Origin: Squalus acanthias
Lineage: Eukaryota
Direction of reading: 5' to 3'
Assembly: GCA_030390025.1 (NCBI GenBank)
Contig: CM059432.1
Location: 112,842,001-112,906,000 of the forward strand
DNA length: 64,000 nucleotides
Shown here: positions 35,659 through 47,873 of the stretch, piece by piece
Layout of the letters: every line of letters begins with the position of its first letter
Position numbering within the stretch: the first letter of the stretch is position 1
Translations under genes and position numbers: made by a program
The notes under the pieces: model-generated
Database searches by the model: none
What the model was told of the DNA's origin: nothing
Seen by the model: only the letters and a program-made list of their open reading frames with translations

Positions 35659-38600
35659 GTGTCATCACCGCGTTGACATTGGGTTTTGGTGGGTTAGTAA
35701 GGAAACCTAATCATCAACTTAGCTATCAGTAAAAATCTTCACCCACTCCCCTCATGTAGTCCAATGAATTTTTAAAAGATTTCAACTTTGAATCAATTGT
35801 CAAGTTGGCTGGCAATTTGGTGACAAGATAAGATTGCAGATGAAACTGAGCTGAAGCTCCCATAGCTGACAATGGGTGTGGCACTGTTTTGTTATTCTTT
35901 TCGAGGTAGGCACTTTTGTAAATTTAATTTGCAGAGCCAATGATAGACTCTAAGTTGGCTCCTTTTCAGGTTATTTGAAGAGGTGTGGAATTCTGCTGAT
36001 CCCCTTTCAGTTCAGGAGCTATACCTGCATTATAGCCAATAGAGTTCAGTTAGGCACCCTCGATTGACCACCCAATTGTACAGGCCAAAGTCTAATTAAT
36101 CAGAGACTTGTGCAGCAGCCAATGTATAACATTAGACTGCAGAGGATTTCAAACAGAGTGCAACTGGGGAAGGAAGTATAGTGTTGGCAGCACATGGGTT
36201 TGCACCCATTGGCCTTCCCACTCCAGCAAGATAGTGGAACTGAAGGAAAAATCAGAGGTAAAGTCACGCTGGACTGCTAACACACATCCCATATTGGCTG
36301 GTTTCAGGGCAACATTTATGGAAATCTGGGAGTACATCAATCCTCTGAACTGAGGATATTGCACGGTGCAAACACACAGAAAGAGGAAGGGGTAAAATAC
36401 CTTAAAAAGAGGAAGACTCATGCTTCCAAAAGCACCTTTAGGGTGCTAAGCAGTAAAAAAAATAATAGTAATGTTGCTGTGTTTAAACCAATTGTTTCAT
36501 TAATACCAATCATGTATATATGAGGTGCATGCAGACTAGGGACAAGCAAGTTTGTACGGAACCAAGCTGGTGTAAAATATGGTATGGGTACCTACAGTGG
36601 ACAAATAGAAACAGGAAAGAGATATAGTAGCAGATATAATACACTACTGAAAAAGTTTTACAATTTATTCCTCCAGCCAGTTTAAAAATAAAGTTGTTAG
36701 TAGCTATCAGTGCTTGGGTGTGGGGGGGGGTGGGCAGAGGGGGGCTTCAGCTGTTCTCTGTGCTCGCTGCTTCTTCGTGCAGTTATTCAATTCAGATGTT
36801 AGGTCTGATGCTTTAGAAGCCTATCGTAATGGAGTGTCTCTAACTGATTTTCTGTATATACACCCAAGTACAAAGACATCTGCAATGTGATATCTGCTTG
36901 GCTGTTCAACAGTTCAGTCTCTAACGAAAAAGCAACAAAGAGTTCCATCTAACATCCTTTACTATACAAGTCAACCGTGTATTTAAGTCCTTGCTTTACC
37001 TTTCCTGATTCCAATGTGTTTATAGGATGTGATAGTTTACTTTCAATGCAGCCTACTTGTCACCTGTATTCATATTCTATTCATCATAACAAGGCTTCCT
37101 TAAACGAATTGTCTGTCCCACATAGACACCCCGTACAGTATTTCTACTACGGTGATGGAGATGCATTTTTGCACCTCTACGACAGATTGCATGTGTAATT
37201 AACAAATTATAATCTTTATTCATTTACTCTCAAACTAATTCCAAGTTTAAGACAATATGAAGATGGACAGCTTAATGATTTATTAATATGGAGAGGTAAG
37301 ACAGTGTTTTTCTACCAACATACTCCACATAGCGACTGTCTGGTCTGTCAGGAGAGAAAATCAGAGATCTCATAATGACCAGCTAACAGAGCAGCAATGA
37401 CAATGGCAGATTGCAGATGGTATCAGGAGAGATCCAAATAAATGTTTTCATTGTATAAGTAGAAGGTGTTTCAAAAATCAAATCAGTTTATTAAGGAATA
37501 CATTGAGTAGAAATATTATACAGGAAATAACAGGTGTGTTAAATGAATTTTTCACGAATGAAAACAATGGACAAATTTCAGAATCACTTTTTTAGGAATT
37601 TGTAAAGATCAGTAAAACATATGTTATGAAAAACATCAAGGAATTTAGGGGGCAACATCACAACTTCTGGGCTTTAAGGCACTTCAGACAGTTACATAGT
37701 GAGAAATGCCTTCACTTATAGCCAATGTAGTAATGCTGCAAACTCTGACATGTGGGATCTTAACTCATTGTCAGTGGTAAAATAAGACATTCATCATACA
37801 TTACTTAGAATTATTAAAATTCATCCAGTGAGAATGGGGCATATTATTGGCACTAAAGTGTGCTAATAAATGTGACATCATACACTGTAAAGGACGCAAA
37901 ATGGAAGCGTAAGCTAAACTGAAAAGGTGACCCATTTTACTGAAGGAAGACATTTCCAGTGGTTTTGAATTAATTAAATTTGAAGGTACATTTTTTTGGT
38001 TGGAGGCACAAAATCAGTAGTTTCTGCCACATAAGAGTGAATAATTTATGGACAATGTTGCCTAAGAATAAACTTTCAAAAATGCTACAAATGCCACGTT
38101 ATTGTAAGAAAAAGATTAGAATCTGGATTAGCAGTCTCAAACAAGTGGCAAAGGAAAAGGTGAACTACATTAAACAAGCATCCAAAGTAGACTGAATGCA
38201 GAAAGTACACTAATGTGACTTGAGTGCATGAGCACACAACTGTTTCATCTATGCAGTGAGGGAGAAACTACTTTCTCAGATCTTAGCAGTCTGCAAGTGT
38301 AAAATTATTTAGCATCATTTAGCTATATCCCTACATAGTAAAAATTGAAAACAGTAATCATGATTATAACTTAATCAGTTTGTTGATAGCAGTCAATACG
38401 GTAAATAATTCATCCCTGTGTCAGATACATTTAAATGGCATAATTTATACTGTGACTGTCTCTTCTTTGTGTCCTCTTTTACTCCCAGTGCACGTGTACT
38501 CCAAAGTTCTTAATGAGCTATGTCCTTTATGTCTTCGTAGATAAGTCATGTTCATTAAACTTTACTACAACCAGTGAGACCCAGGAGGACTCTCCCTTAG

Positions 38601-38896
38601 GCAAGGTAGTAGCAATGGCATCCGCTAAAGACAAACAACTAAATGGACAGTGCCCACACTGTGCTTTTGAATGACAGGAAGAATTTTTAGCTGTAGCCAG
38701 GTCCTGAACAAAGATTTGTCTAGGGCACATTGTAGAAATTGGAAGATCTCCAACAACAGACCAGGGACATATCAGTCCCAGGACTTCAGTGGTTGTCCTT
38801 TGACATCAATTACCCTTGATGAGAGTAGAAACATGTTTAATTAGGCCATTAACAATGTCCATGTCGATGTATAATCTGGTAACACACAAATACAGA

Positions 38897-39044
38897 GGGG
38901 TGAAATTCTTCCAAGAAGAATTTCATCCCTCTGTATTTCCATTAAGTTATCTTTAATGGAAAAGAAAATCGTGCAGAGTATAAAACGGGCTGCCACTTCA
39001 GTGTCACTCGTTTTGCCTTATCGCCAAAGACAAATTTCACCCCC
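38897..39044. mobile_element. Short Harbinger-type MITE with a fold-back at the left end
   Basis: GGGGTGAAATT ... AATTTCACCCCC termini; hairpin at 38888-38938. Confidence 0.6.
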
Positions 39045-39339
39045 ATAGTGACATGATCGTATTGTGAAATTGGCAGATCAGATTGGTTCTCTGGTCAGTC
39101 TTCTCATCATATTTCCATGCTGCTCCAGGCTGTTGATAATTAGAGTTCTTTTGAAACCTCTGAAGGACTTCTGACAAGTTGTGGGGCAACTTTTGACAAG
39201 TTCTTGTTCTCCTCCTGTCGTTGAATTTGCCTCACTCAGATACAGTCCACTACAGGATCTTTCAGTGTTGGGACCTCCCAAAATTCATCACATTGTAAAT
39301 CTGTAAATATAATAAAACTATATTCGTGCATGAATCATA

Positions 39340-40480
39340 TAAAAACATAAGAAAATCCTGAACAAAAAGGGTCATTCGGCCCATCAAGCCTGCACCATCC
39401 AGAGCCAATGTAGGATTATTTTATCACTGATTTTCCACCCCGATCCTTATTGTAGTTCCTTTCCCTAAATCGCCTGAAAAAAATCCAGCTCCTTTGTAAA
39501 GGTGTCAATTAATCCCAAACTAGCAACATTCCCTGGGAGCTTACGATAGCAAAATACTGCGAATGTTGGAAATCCAAAATAACAACAGAGAACGCTGGAA
39601 AAACTCAGCAGGCCAGGCAGCATCTGTGGAGAGAGAAACAGAGTCAACGTTTCAGGTCGAAGACGAAAGGTCTTCGACCTGAAACGTTAACTCTGTTTCT
39701 CTCTCCACGGATGCTGCCTGGCCTGCTGAGTTTTTCCAGCGTTCTCTGTTGTTATTCCCTGGGAGCTTGTTGTAGATGTCTGCTATGATGTGGGCAAATA
39801 AAGTTTTTTCTAATCTCTAGCCTTGATCAAGACTTGCAAATTTGATACTTGTATCCGCTAGTCCTTTGATCATTGTCCAAGTTTAAAAGCTTGTTTACTT
39901 AAAATTCGTCTATAGCTTTCAAAGTTTTGTAGAATTGTATTATTTCTCCCCCCCTCCCCCCAGTCTTCTCCAGTGACAATAAATTTACTCACTTGAGCTT
40001 TTCTTAATAACATTCCATGAGGTCTGGAATCATCCTGGTCAGTCTACTCTGGACCCTTGCTAATGTAGTGTGAGCAAAACTGCACAGCAAAGGCTAGGAT
40101 TGGCCTCAACATTGATCTGTACAATGTCAATATAACTTGTATTGATTTGTAGTCCAAAGCCTACATCTCAGTGCCAGGTTTGCCTTATTATTAACTGCCT
40201 CACATTGACCAGAGGGTTGCAGACGACGAACAGTAATCACTCCCAAATTGTTTAACTTTTTGACTTTTGCCAATGGAAAGGCCCCTTTAGGGAAGACACT
40301 TGATTATGTCCCCGTCAGCTGACCTGGTCCTACTCTCCACTGGCCTACTATCTGGTAGGACTCTTTCATGTTATACACATGTTTACTGTGCCTGTTTCCA
40401 TATGTATTACCCCCTATTGATCCATATTAAAATACATCTGCCGTATTTCAGCCCAACCGCATAATTGGTTACACATGGAT
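39340..40480 (-). mobile_element. Old, decayed CR1-like LINE
   Basis: 3' end CATAAGAAAAT...GGTCATTCGGCCCATCAAGCC and CATCCTGGTCAGTCTACTCTGGACCC resemble the reverse strand of CR1 (compare 5836-6400). Confidence 0.6.
39543..39753. mobile_element. Palindromic (inverted) Penelope pLTR insertion
   Basis: 87-bp inverted arms (39578-39664 and 39670-39756, 2 mismatches), loop GAAAG; 15-bp TSD ATTCCCTGGGAGCTT at 39528-39542 and 39754-39768. Confidence 0.9.
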
Positions 40481-40527
40481 ACAACAGTATTATTGCTTTT
40501 AATTCAGAGTTTCAATGCCAGACATAA

Positions 40528-41334
40528 TGGGCCTGAATTTGCTGAAGTCTTGCGCTCTGGTAATGGTGCATCTACGGTGTAGGCCATTGTTATGGTGCAG
40601 AAATACCAGGAAATTATGGCATCAATGATTCATGCCATTACTTACGCCATATCATAATTTGCTGGGACTTTTGCGCTGCTCCGCAGAGACCCTCGCCAAA
40701 AGAGTTGAACAGTTAATTATCATAGCTCCGCCATCCATTAAAATCAATGGTGAGGTTGAGTTTGCTGAATTAACGCCACTGTGAACGCCACAACCACATA
40801 GACCAGTACAGAATGGCACTAAAGGGCTCAGAGTCAGTAAAGTATTTAATTGCTCAGCAGGTTGCTTGAGGGTAGACTTGTTCTAAGAAATTAATTGAAA
40901 TCTTAAACCTCAATTATGTAATAAAATAAATGTTTGACAGGCACGCATGTTCTGATTTTCCCCCGACTGATATTTTTATATTGATGTTTATTGAGCTTGT
41001 GCACTGAGAATGAATTGCAACCGGTAATAAAATATGGCTAGGGATCGCACGCAGTTTGGGAGACAACCCTATTCATATGGGTCCCATCTTAATGCCGATT
41101 TAAATATTTGTACTGGTTACAAACTCATCAATCAAATGAATACCAACCTGGACATTCTGGCCATACATAATGCGACCCATCCCCACATTATCAGAAGGGA
41201 GCCATTGCTCCTAAACGGTCCCAGTTAACGAACCTGTTGTTCCGTTCTGTGAATTCGCCACTGGAGAATTGGGGAACATGATTTAACCTGTGGCATTTGT
41301 TGCTAATATCGTCAATGCAGCGACTTCCAGGCCA
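40528..41334. mobile_element. Diverged Harbinger-type MITE
   Basis: Imperfect TIRs TGGGCCTGAATTTGCTG / CAGCGACTTCCAGGCCA, resembling the termini of 6881-7604. Confidence 0.55.
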
Positions 41335-41605
41335 CTGTTCCAGTAGAGAACGGTTATTGTAATGTTGCAGACGTACTTATAATTTAAAGTATTATCAATT
41401 CCTTGTAATTAGTGCCTCAGTTTGTAGTGAAGTTAACTGCACTGATATGCACAATCTTTTTTCAGTACAAATTGATATTTAATTTACTTGTAATATTTTT
41501 CTAGTATGGAAGTAAAAGGTTTTAATTTTGCATTTATGAATTCAATATCCTCTTTTTCAGTACCATGACAGTCTTTCAAACTGATCATATATAGATTAGA
41601 AGCTT

Positions 41606-41770
41606 TTAGTATATTTTCTGTTCACTCTCCTGGGTGTAACTGCAACTATTCCAGTTTCTGGAATGATCTGGAATGATATAGTCGTGTAGTGGGTGTCTTC
41701 TACTATGCCAGTTGCAACAAAGAAATTGTTTCCTTTGTGCAAATATTTCACCCGCTTCCACGTTGAATGC
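41606..41770 (-). CDS. Candidate terminal exon of an unidentified spliced transcript
   Basis: Acceptor ...attattctgattgcAG at 41772-41771; phase-0 frame AFNVEAGEIFAQRKQFLCCNWHSRRHPLHDYIIPDHSRNWNSCSYTQESEQKIY*. No homology recognised. Confidence 0.25.
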   Translation of the reverse strand, partial: AFNVEAGEIFAQRKQFLCCNWHSRRHPLHDYIIPDHSRNWNSCSYTQESEQKIY

Positions 41771-42406
41771 CTGCAATCAGAATAATGCACTAATAAAATA
41801 CTATGCCTAAAGGTTCTTTATACTTACTGAGGTCTGCACCGATGTGGGAACTTAGCAAAATGTACATCAGTAGGTATGTACAATCATGTTAATTGATACT
41901 TTCTGACCATTGTTATAAAATACTTCAATGTTCCCAACTTTAGGCTGCTAGCATAGATTAATGCTGTTGAAAATGTGACTTACCATTGAGGAGAATACGT
42001 AACATAACAATTTGGAATTTGGAGTGTCCTTAAAGGTAATTGGATCTGCTTCTTCCAAAAGTTTAAGTTTATAGTCTACTAGCATAAAAGATGATTGATG
42101 TGCTGCTGAGTTCACGGATGTTACCCTGTGGCATGCACTAGTTAGATTTGTAATTGTGGTTTGCAAGGCTGGATTAATATCCTGCAGTTTTGCTCAATTA
42201 CTTTTGACGGCGAGGGAGAATTTTCACAAAGATTTATCTTTTTGGAAGTTTAGCTGTGGTTCGTTATCTCTCTCAGGACATTGAGTGAGTTGGGCAGGGT
42301 CCATGGCAAGGCAAATTGTACATAAACTGAGGAAGGAATGGACTCCTTCGGTCAAATGGCCTTGTTACATTCTTTCAACGGTATAAGAACCAGGTTGCTT
42401 ACTTAC

Positions 42407-42515
42407 CCACTCAGTCTGGAAAGGATGCATGACATAAAGGGGGTCCAAAAGAAGGGGAGAAAAAGCTATAGAAAGTATGTTGAGAGGACCATACAAAAAC
42501 ATGAGGTGCATTTCC
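42407..42515 (-). CDS. Candidate internal exon (109 nt) of an unidentified spliced transcript
   Basis: Acceptor aatatttttatcAG, consensus donor TGG|GTAAGT; the single open frame EMHLMFLYGPLNILSIAFSPLLLDPLYVMHPFQTEW ends in phase 0. Confidence 0.3.
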
Positions 42516-44821
42516 CTGATAAAAATATTATTACCATTATCTTTAGAAAAGTAACTGCTAATATGCACGAGATTATGCTTCCAGCACATTGATTGTCTTC
42601 AAGCAAATAGAATGACAATAGCCAGTGGGATAAACATTAAAAATATGAATAATTGGAGATAGTGTTTTGCTGGAAACTGAATAATGCACCACTAAAGCAT
42701 TATAAATGGATTCTCTATAATGAGAGACAAATGATTTTTGGTGGAATGGAATTCTTGGTTTGGGTCGGGTATCTGTCTATCTGATGTTGACCCATATCTT
42801 GAAATGAGAATGATTCTGTGGCATATGCAGCCCTGTGTAGTACTATACAGGATATAAGCCAGCAAACTGCTGCACTTTAATTTCACAGTGCTTGGCATTA
42901 ACTCAAATTTGCAATGCGCTGCCAAACATTTTCTCCTACATCACAGCACCCTTCAACCTCACAACTGTAATCAGCAAGCTGCAGTTTGTAATAGTAAGAA
43001 AACAAACTTTTTCTGTGAAAAAATAGTTACAAATATATGCTGTATGAACTAAAAAATAAGTGCGAAACTGTTAAATGCTGTTATCTAGTTTGCTTCATGA
43101 ACTACTTGAGCTTCACTCTGGTGGTTTCTGATGTCATCTGAACCTGTCTGCTTTGATTGCAGCCTTGTAACTCTGTGAGCTTCTGTGGCTCTGTATATAT
43201 TAGGCTGCGTTTCTGCTTTAATTAGAAAAATGAATTATAAGCAGTACTCTCAGCACGGACCCAACTTAGCTCAAACTGAAAGTACTGTAACTTAAAGTCC
43301 CTGCTGCTGTGGAACTTGGGGGTCCTGCAACCTGCACTACTCACATTCTGAGAAGTTCTGATCCATACCTTAGCAAACAAGAAACTGGATCACAAAATCA
43401 ATTCAGTCAGGAGTTTCTGTATATCTCAGCATTGAAAGGCCTAAATTGGGAAATATTCCATGGGGGCAGAGGGGGAAGAGGAGGAGGTGGGAATGAAACA
43501 ATCTTATGATGCAGTGAAGTGGATTGACCTACTGTGGTTGGAGTTAAAACTGCATTATCTTGCACTATGTCAAATGTACTTACAATATGTTCTGCTGATA
43601 CAACTGTCATTCTGCACCCCTCCCAGAAAAATACAACTGGCAAGATAAAAACTAAAAGGACAAACTCATCATGAAATCATACTTAATCTTTCAAGGTCAA
43701 AGACATCACTTTCCTATGCAGCTCAGATTGATAAGGTTCCCTGGCAGCAATGCTAAGTACAATCTTGATTATGGTTTCATTGATATTACAAATGACTAAG
43801 AACGTTTAGAATGCAAGGATTAATCAGTGCACTGTACCCGTGGATTTCTCTGGTATGTGTGGGCTTCTGCTTGATAAAAAAAAATTCCATTGTGCTGTCA
43901 AATTCCGAACAAGAAGCAGATTTCAAAGTAGTTACAGTCTGTAATGTATTTATAATGCAGTTATTGGTTGATAGAAAACTGCAGTGAGATATTCTGACTT
44001 AGGCCATCCAGGAATTCTTTAATGTTCCCACAGTATCTAACATGATAGACATATTTTGAATACATTGCTGTGAAGTAGCTTATATTATTTAAACATTATA
44101 CAGAACATACAGTGGAATAAGCTCTAATGCATGAGTGTAATTGCTTAAATGTGAAGAAACAGAATTTTTTTCATTCTGCTGTTCAGGTTTGAATTCCCCT
44201 TTTTTTAACATAATGATTTTGTTTAGTTTTCAAAAACCATAACCAGCATTACTTGTTTTAGAGGAAGTTCTGTTTAAGAGCAAGTTTTGTCAGTGTACAG
44301 ATTATCTCGCCCCATTCATTGTTTTTTAAATTAAATATATACCACTTAAGCTGTCTCAGTTTTCTTTAAAAAAAAAGTTATGTGTTTGCTTTGCTGCAAT
44401 GCAGCCCACTGATCTAAGGTGACCTTCCATCCTTTCGGTCTGTATCCTCCCCTATTAGTCACCCATATCTGATCCACAGCTACAGTACATAACAAAAGGG
44501 TCCACATGTGTTAACAACCTATACGTAACAGGTGAGAATAATCTGTCGTGTCTATTAACTTTAGTACAGATTGATATGTCCTGAATTTCTCACAGAGATG
44601 TCACTTTGCTCCTGCCATGAGTTTACTTTGAAAATAAACTGTGCAGTGATTCACACTAGTGCTAGTTCCTGTATTTGTTGCGCTAACAAGGGGGTAAGAA
44701 TTCCTCAGGTTTCTTTGTGTAGCAACATCGGAAATGTTTTCACAAACTGGTTGGTACTTCTAGCAAGAATGTAAACGCATCTTTAAAAAATGACATGAGA
44801 AAATCTTCAAGAAAACATTTA

Positions 44822-45531
44822 GGGGGAAAAATTCGGTTGCTTTGTGCCTCCCGTTAGCGCCCTGAGGGCACTAACGGGAGGCACAAAGCAACTTGCGCCC
44901 GGGTGCGGTGCCGCCAACGCCTCCCACGAAATTCAGCGGGAGGTTAGTGGCGGTGCTAACCATTAGTGCCCCGCGGCGCTGCGCCACCGGCGATGACGTA
45001 ATCGCCGTGCACAGTGCCCTGCTCGCACCCTGGCCGCGATCTTCGGTAGCGCCCACTGACTTACCGCTGGACGCTATGTCCGACGGGGTCAGGGGGGCCT
45101 ATCTGCGGCCAGGGCAGCGCTATTTAAAGTCGAGGTGCCAGGCGGCCATTTTGTTGCTGCCTCTGCTGCCGTCTCCGGCTTCCTGACCCGCCCCCCTGCG
45201 GAGTGCCGGCTGCGCTCCATGAGCCCAGCACTTCTCTTGAGTGCCGGGCTCTTTTGCCGGCACTCCGATCCCCGGTGGCCCAGAAGGGGAGGAAGACCTG
45301 CAATTCCACGGCGCGATGTGCCACAGTGCATTGCGCTGCGGCGCGTAGCGCCACGATATTTCCTCGCAGCGCCCCAAGAGGGAGGCGGGGCGCTTCCAGT
45401 AGCGCCCCGCTTCCCTCTTGGGGCGCTACCACTCAATTTCGGCCCCGGGGACGCTAATTTTTCCGGGGCGCTAAAAGTAGCGCCCTGGCGAAGTTAGTGC
45501 CCCAAAGGGGGCGCGACTCAATTTTTCCCCC
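44822..45531. mobile_element. PIF/Harbinger-type MITE, CpG-rich, inverted relative to 742-1475
   Basis: TIRs GGGGGAAAAATT / AATTTTTCCCCC; TTA TSD at 44819-44821 and 45532-45534. Confidence 0.88.
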
Positions 45532-45563
45532 TTACAGTATCATTACACATAGTGACATTTATG

Positions 45564-45990
45564 TGTCAGCTTTGGCTCAGCGATAGCACTCTCGCCAGAA
45601 GGTCATAGATTCAAGCCCCATCTCCAGAGACTTCAGCACATAATCTAGGCTGACACTTCAATGCAGTGCTGCACTGTCGGAGGTACCGTCTTTCAGATGA
45701 GGCCTTAAACTAAGATCCCATCTGCTCTTTCAGTTGGTAAAAGATCCCACGGCACTATTCAAAAAGCAGGGGAGTTCTCCCAGTGTCCTAGCCAATATTC
45801 ATCCCTCAATTGACAGCACTAAAATGGATTATCTGGCTATTTATTTCTAGTTCTGGAACCTTGCTGTGCGCAAATTAGCTGCCACATTTCCATATATTAC
45901 AACAGTGACTACACTTCAAAAGTACTTAATTGGCTGTGAAGTGCCATGGGATGTCCCGAGGATATCAATGGTGCTATATAAATACAATTT
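45564..45990 (+). mobile_element. Deu-domain SINE (SacSINE1-like)
   Basis: Colinear with 2348-2795 from TGTCAGC-TTGGCTCAG to GTGCTATATAAAT. Confidence 0.82.
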
Positions 45991-47420
45991 TGTCCTTTTT
46001 TGTAGTTGCCAGAGAACCTCTTGCCCCCAGATGGAGATACTATTCATCAGCAGAGATTATGGTCATCATTATGCCATTATTGCTCCTGAAAAATAGCAGA
46101 GAAAGCTTTTCTAGTGCTTTTTGTAACTATGCAAGGTGATATAATTCATACTAAGAAATGCAATCACACTCTGTAGTAGTAACAGTAACAGTACTGTAGC
46201 ACATATGGCGCTCGATTATTTCATTCATTCTCCTTCCATAAGGAAGAACAATATTTTCCCTCCCCCTTTCAGAATCCAGAGCAGTTACTAATGGTGCAAA
46301 GGTGAAACTCTGCTAAGAATATTACAAGTTAAAAGTAAATTTATTACCCTTAAAAGGAATCGACTGCAATAATTTACAACATGCACTTTATAGTTTAATC
46401 CTTTAAATACATGCTTTTAATTTTCAGTATTGGGTGGTTATAAACATATCTGTGCCCTCCCCACTTCCACCATTGCCAATGTTTTAAAGAATATTCATCA
46501 TCCATTCTGGGACTGTCATTTTCCCTCTTGCACTTTATACGTAATCAAATGCTTAGTATTAATCCATATGTGATAATCCTTGTGGCAAATGTGTACTTCA
46601 GATAAAGTGTGGTTTTAAAGCTTCAAAGCAGTCTGATGTGGAAATTGTGTTGGTTGAAAATGATATTTTGTATTGTGTCTATAGACAACACAGTAGAGAA
46701 GTTTACTAAAACCTGAGCAAGGTCTACAAATAATTTCCAAGCTTTGAAGTGCAGCACAAGCCCTTAAATTAGCATCACAAATCCAATCTACTCTACATAT
46801 AATTCTCTTCACATTTTACTTTAGGTGTCAGAGCCTATCAGGCTTTTGTGCCTTATGACTTGAATCCCAGTGTTTCCGACCTGGAAGTGCCGGAGATTCA
46901 TACCACCATGAAAAGAAATTGATGCCATTTTGAGTTATTTCATATTTTGTTCAGATTTTCTGCATACTTGCATTTTTGTAGTTCTGTTTGCAAATGTTTG
47001 ATATAAAGATGCATGGTATATCTTTTCTTCATGCATCCCTAGGCTGAAACTCTAAAATAATTGGGTTACATGTGTTTGCCAGTTAATTGTCATCAGTGGG
47101 CAGTAGGCTTTACTGAGCAAGGTTAGAGACCAATAGGGTAGATATTAATGCTTGGTGATGACACAAAGCATGATATTATTTATTGTCTTTACAAAATGGG
47201 GGAAGAACATTTCAAATAAGAGTGTAATAACACAAATCTCACTGTAACTTTCAGCCTACAAAGTAAATTATTTCTCATTGGATTATAGATGTGACCTCAA
47301 ATGTGAAACCATTCCTCAGCCTTTGACTTTAGGCATTATAACATGCTCTTAGCCCCTTCTGGAATTCTTGGGTATGTTTAAAGTTGGTTAACAGTGGATG
47401 TAAGAACCTGAAAGCTCTAT

Positions 47421-47605
47421 TTGTAGACTCTTAACTGCCCTCTGAGTTGTATCAAACCGCTACAAAGTACTGTAGTATCACCACACAGACTGCAGCGGTT
47501 AAAGAAGGCGGCTCACCACCACCACCTCCTCCAGAGCAATTAGGGAGGGGCAATAAATGCTGGCCTTGCCAATGACGCCCCCATCTCGTGAATGAATTTA
47601 AAAAA
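47421..47605 (+). mobile_element. Bipartite non-autonomous derivative of the tRNA-headed LINE
   Basis: GACTCTTAACTGCCCTCTGA...GTTGTATCAAACCGCTAC (LINE 5' UTR, 33124-33185) is joined to the LINE 3' tail CACCACACAGACTGCAGCGG...GGGCAATAAATGCTGGCC. Confidence 0.72.
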
Positions 47606-47741
47606 TGGTGATAGCAGACAAATTATGCTGCAACCAGCTACCGTCTCCAATACATAAAGAACAGGAGGGAAGGCATGTAGTTGATTTACAGGATTACTGA
47701 TGAATTTTCATTAACATAGATGTATGGATGATGTAAGCTAT

Positions 47742-47873
47742 AGGGTGATTCACGATCCTGCACTCCCAGCGGGGAGCTGATGGAAGGGGAGCATACGTCA
47801 GAGAATTGGCGAGGCAGTATTGTAGCCCTATCTCTGACCCGTGCTCCCTGTGAGAGATTGTGAAATCACCCCT
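47742..47873. mobile_element. Short palindromic MITE
   Basis: AGGGTGATTCACGATC / GATTGTGAAATCACCCCT inverted ends. Confidence 0.5.

Noticed and set aside
38527..39300. Host exons or an old transposase on the minus strand (DLQCDEFWEVPTLKDPVVDCI*, LYIDMDIVNGLIKHV...)
   Set aside because: Acceptor-like sites exist, but frames contain stops, donors are lacking and no family is recognisable.
44871..45497. Cluster of overlapping GC-rich ORFs or a host-gene CpG-island promoter
   Set aside because: It lies entirely within a TIR/TSD-bounded MITE, and GC richness explains the lack of stops.
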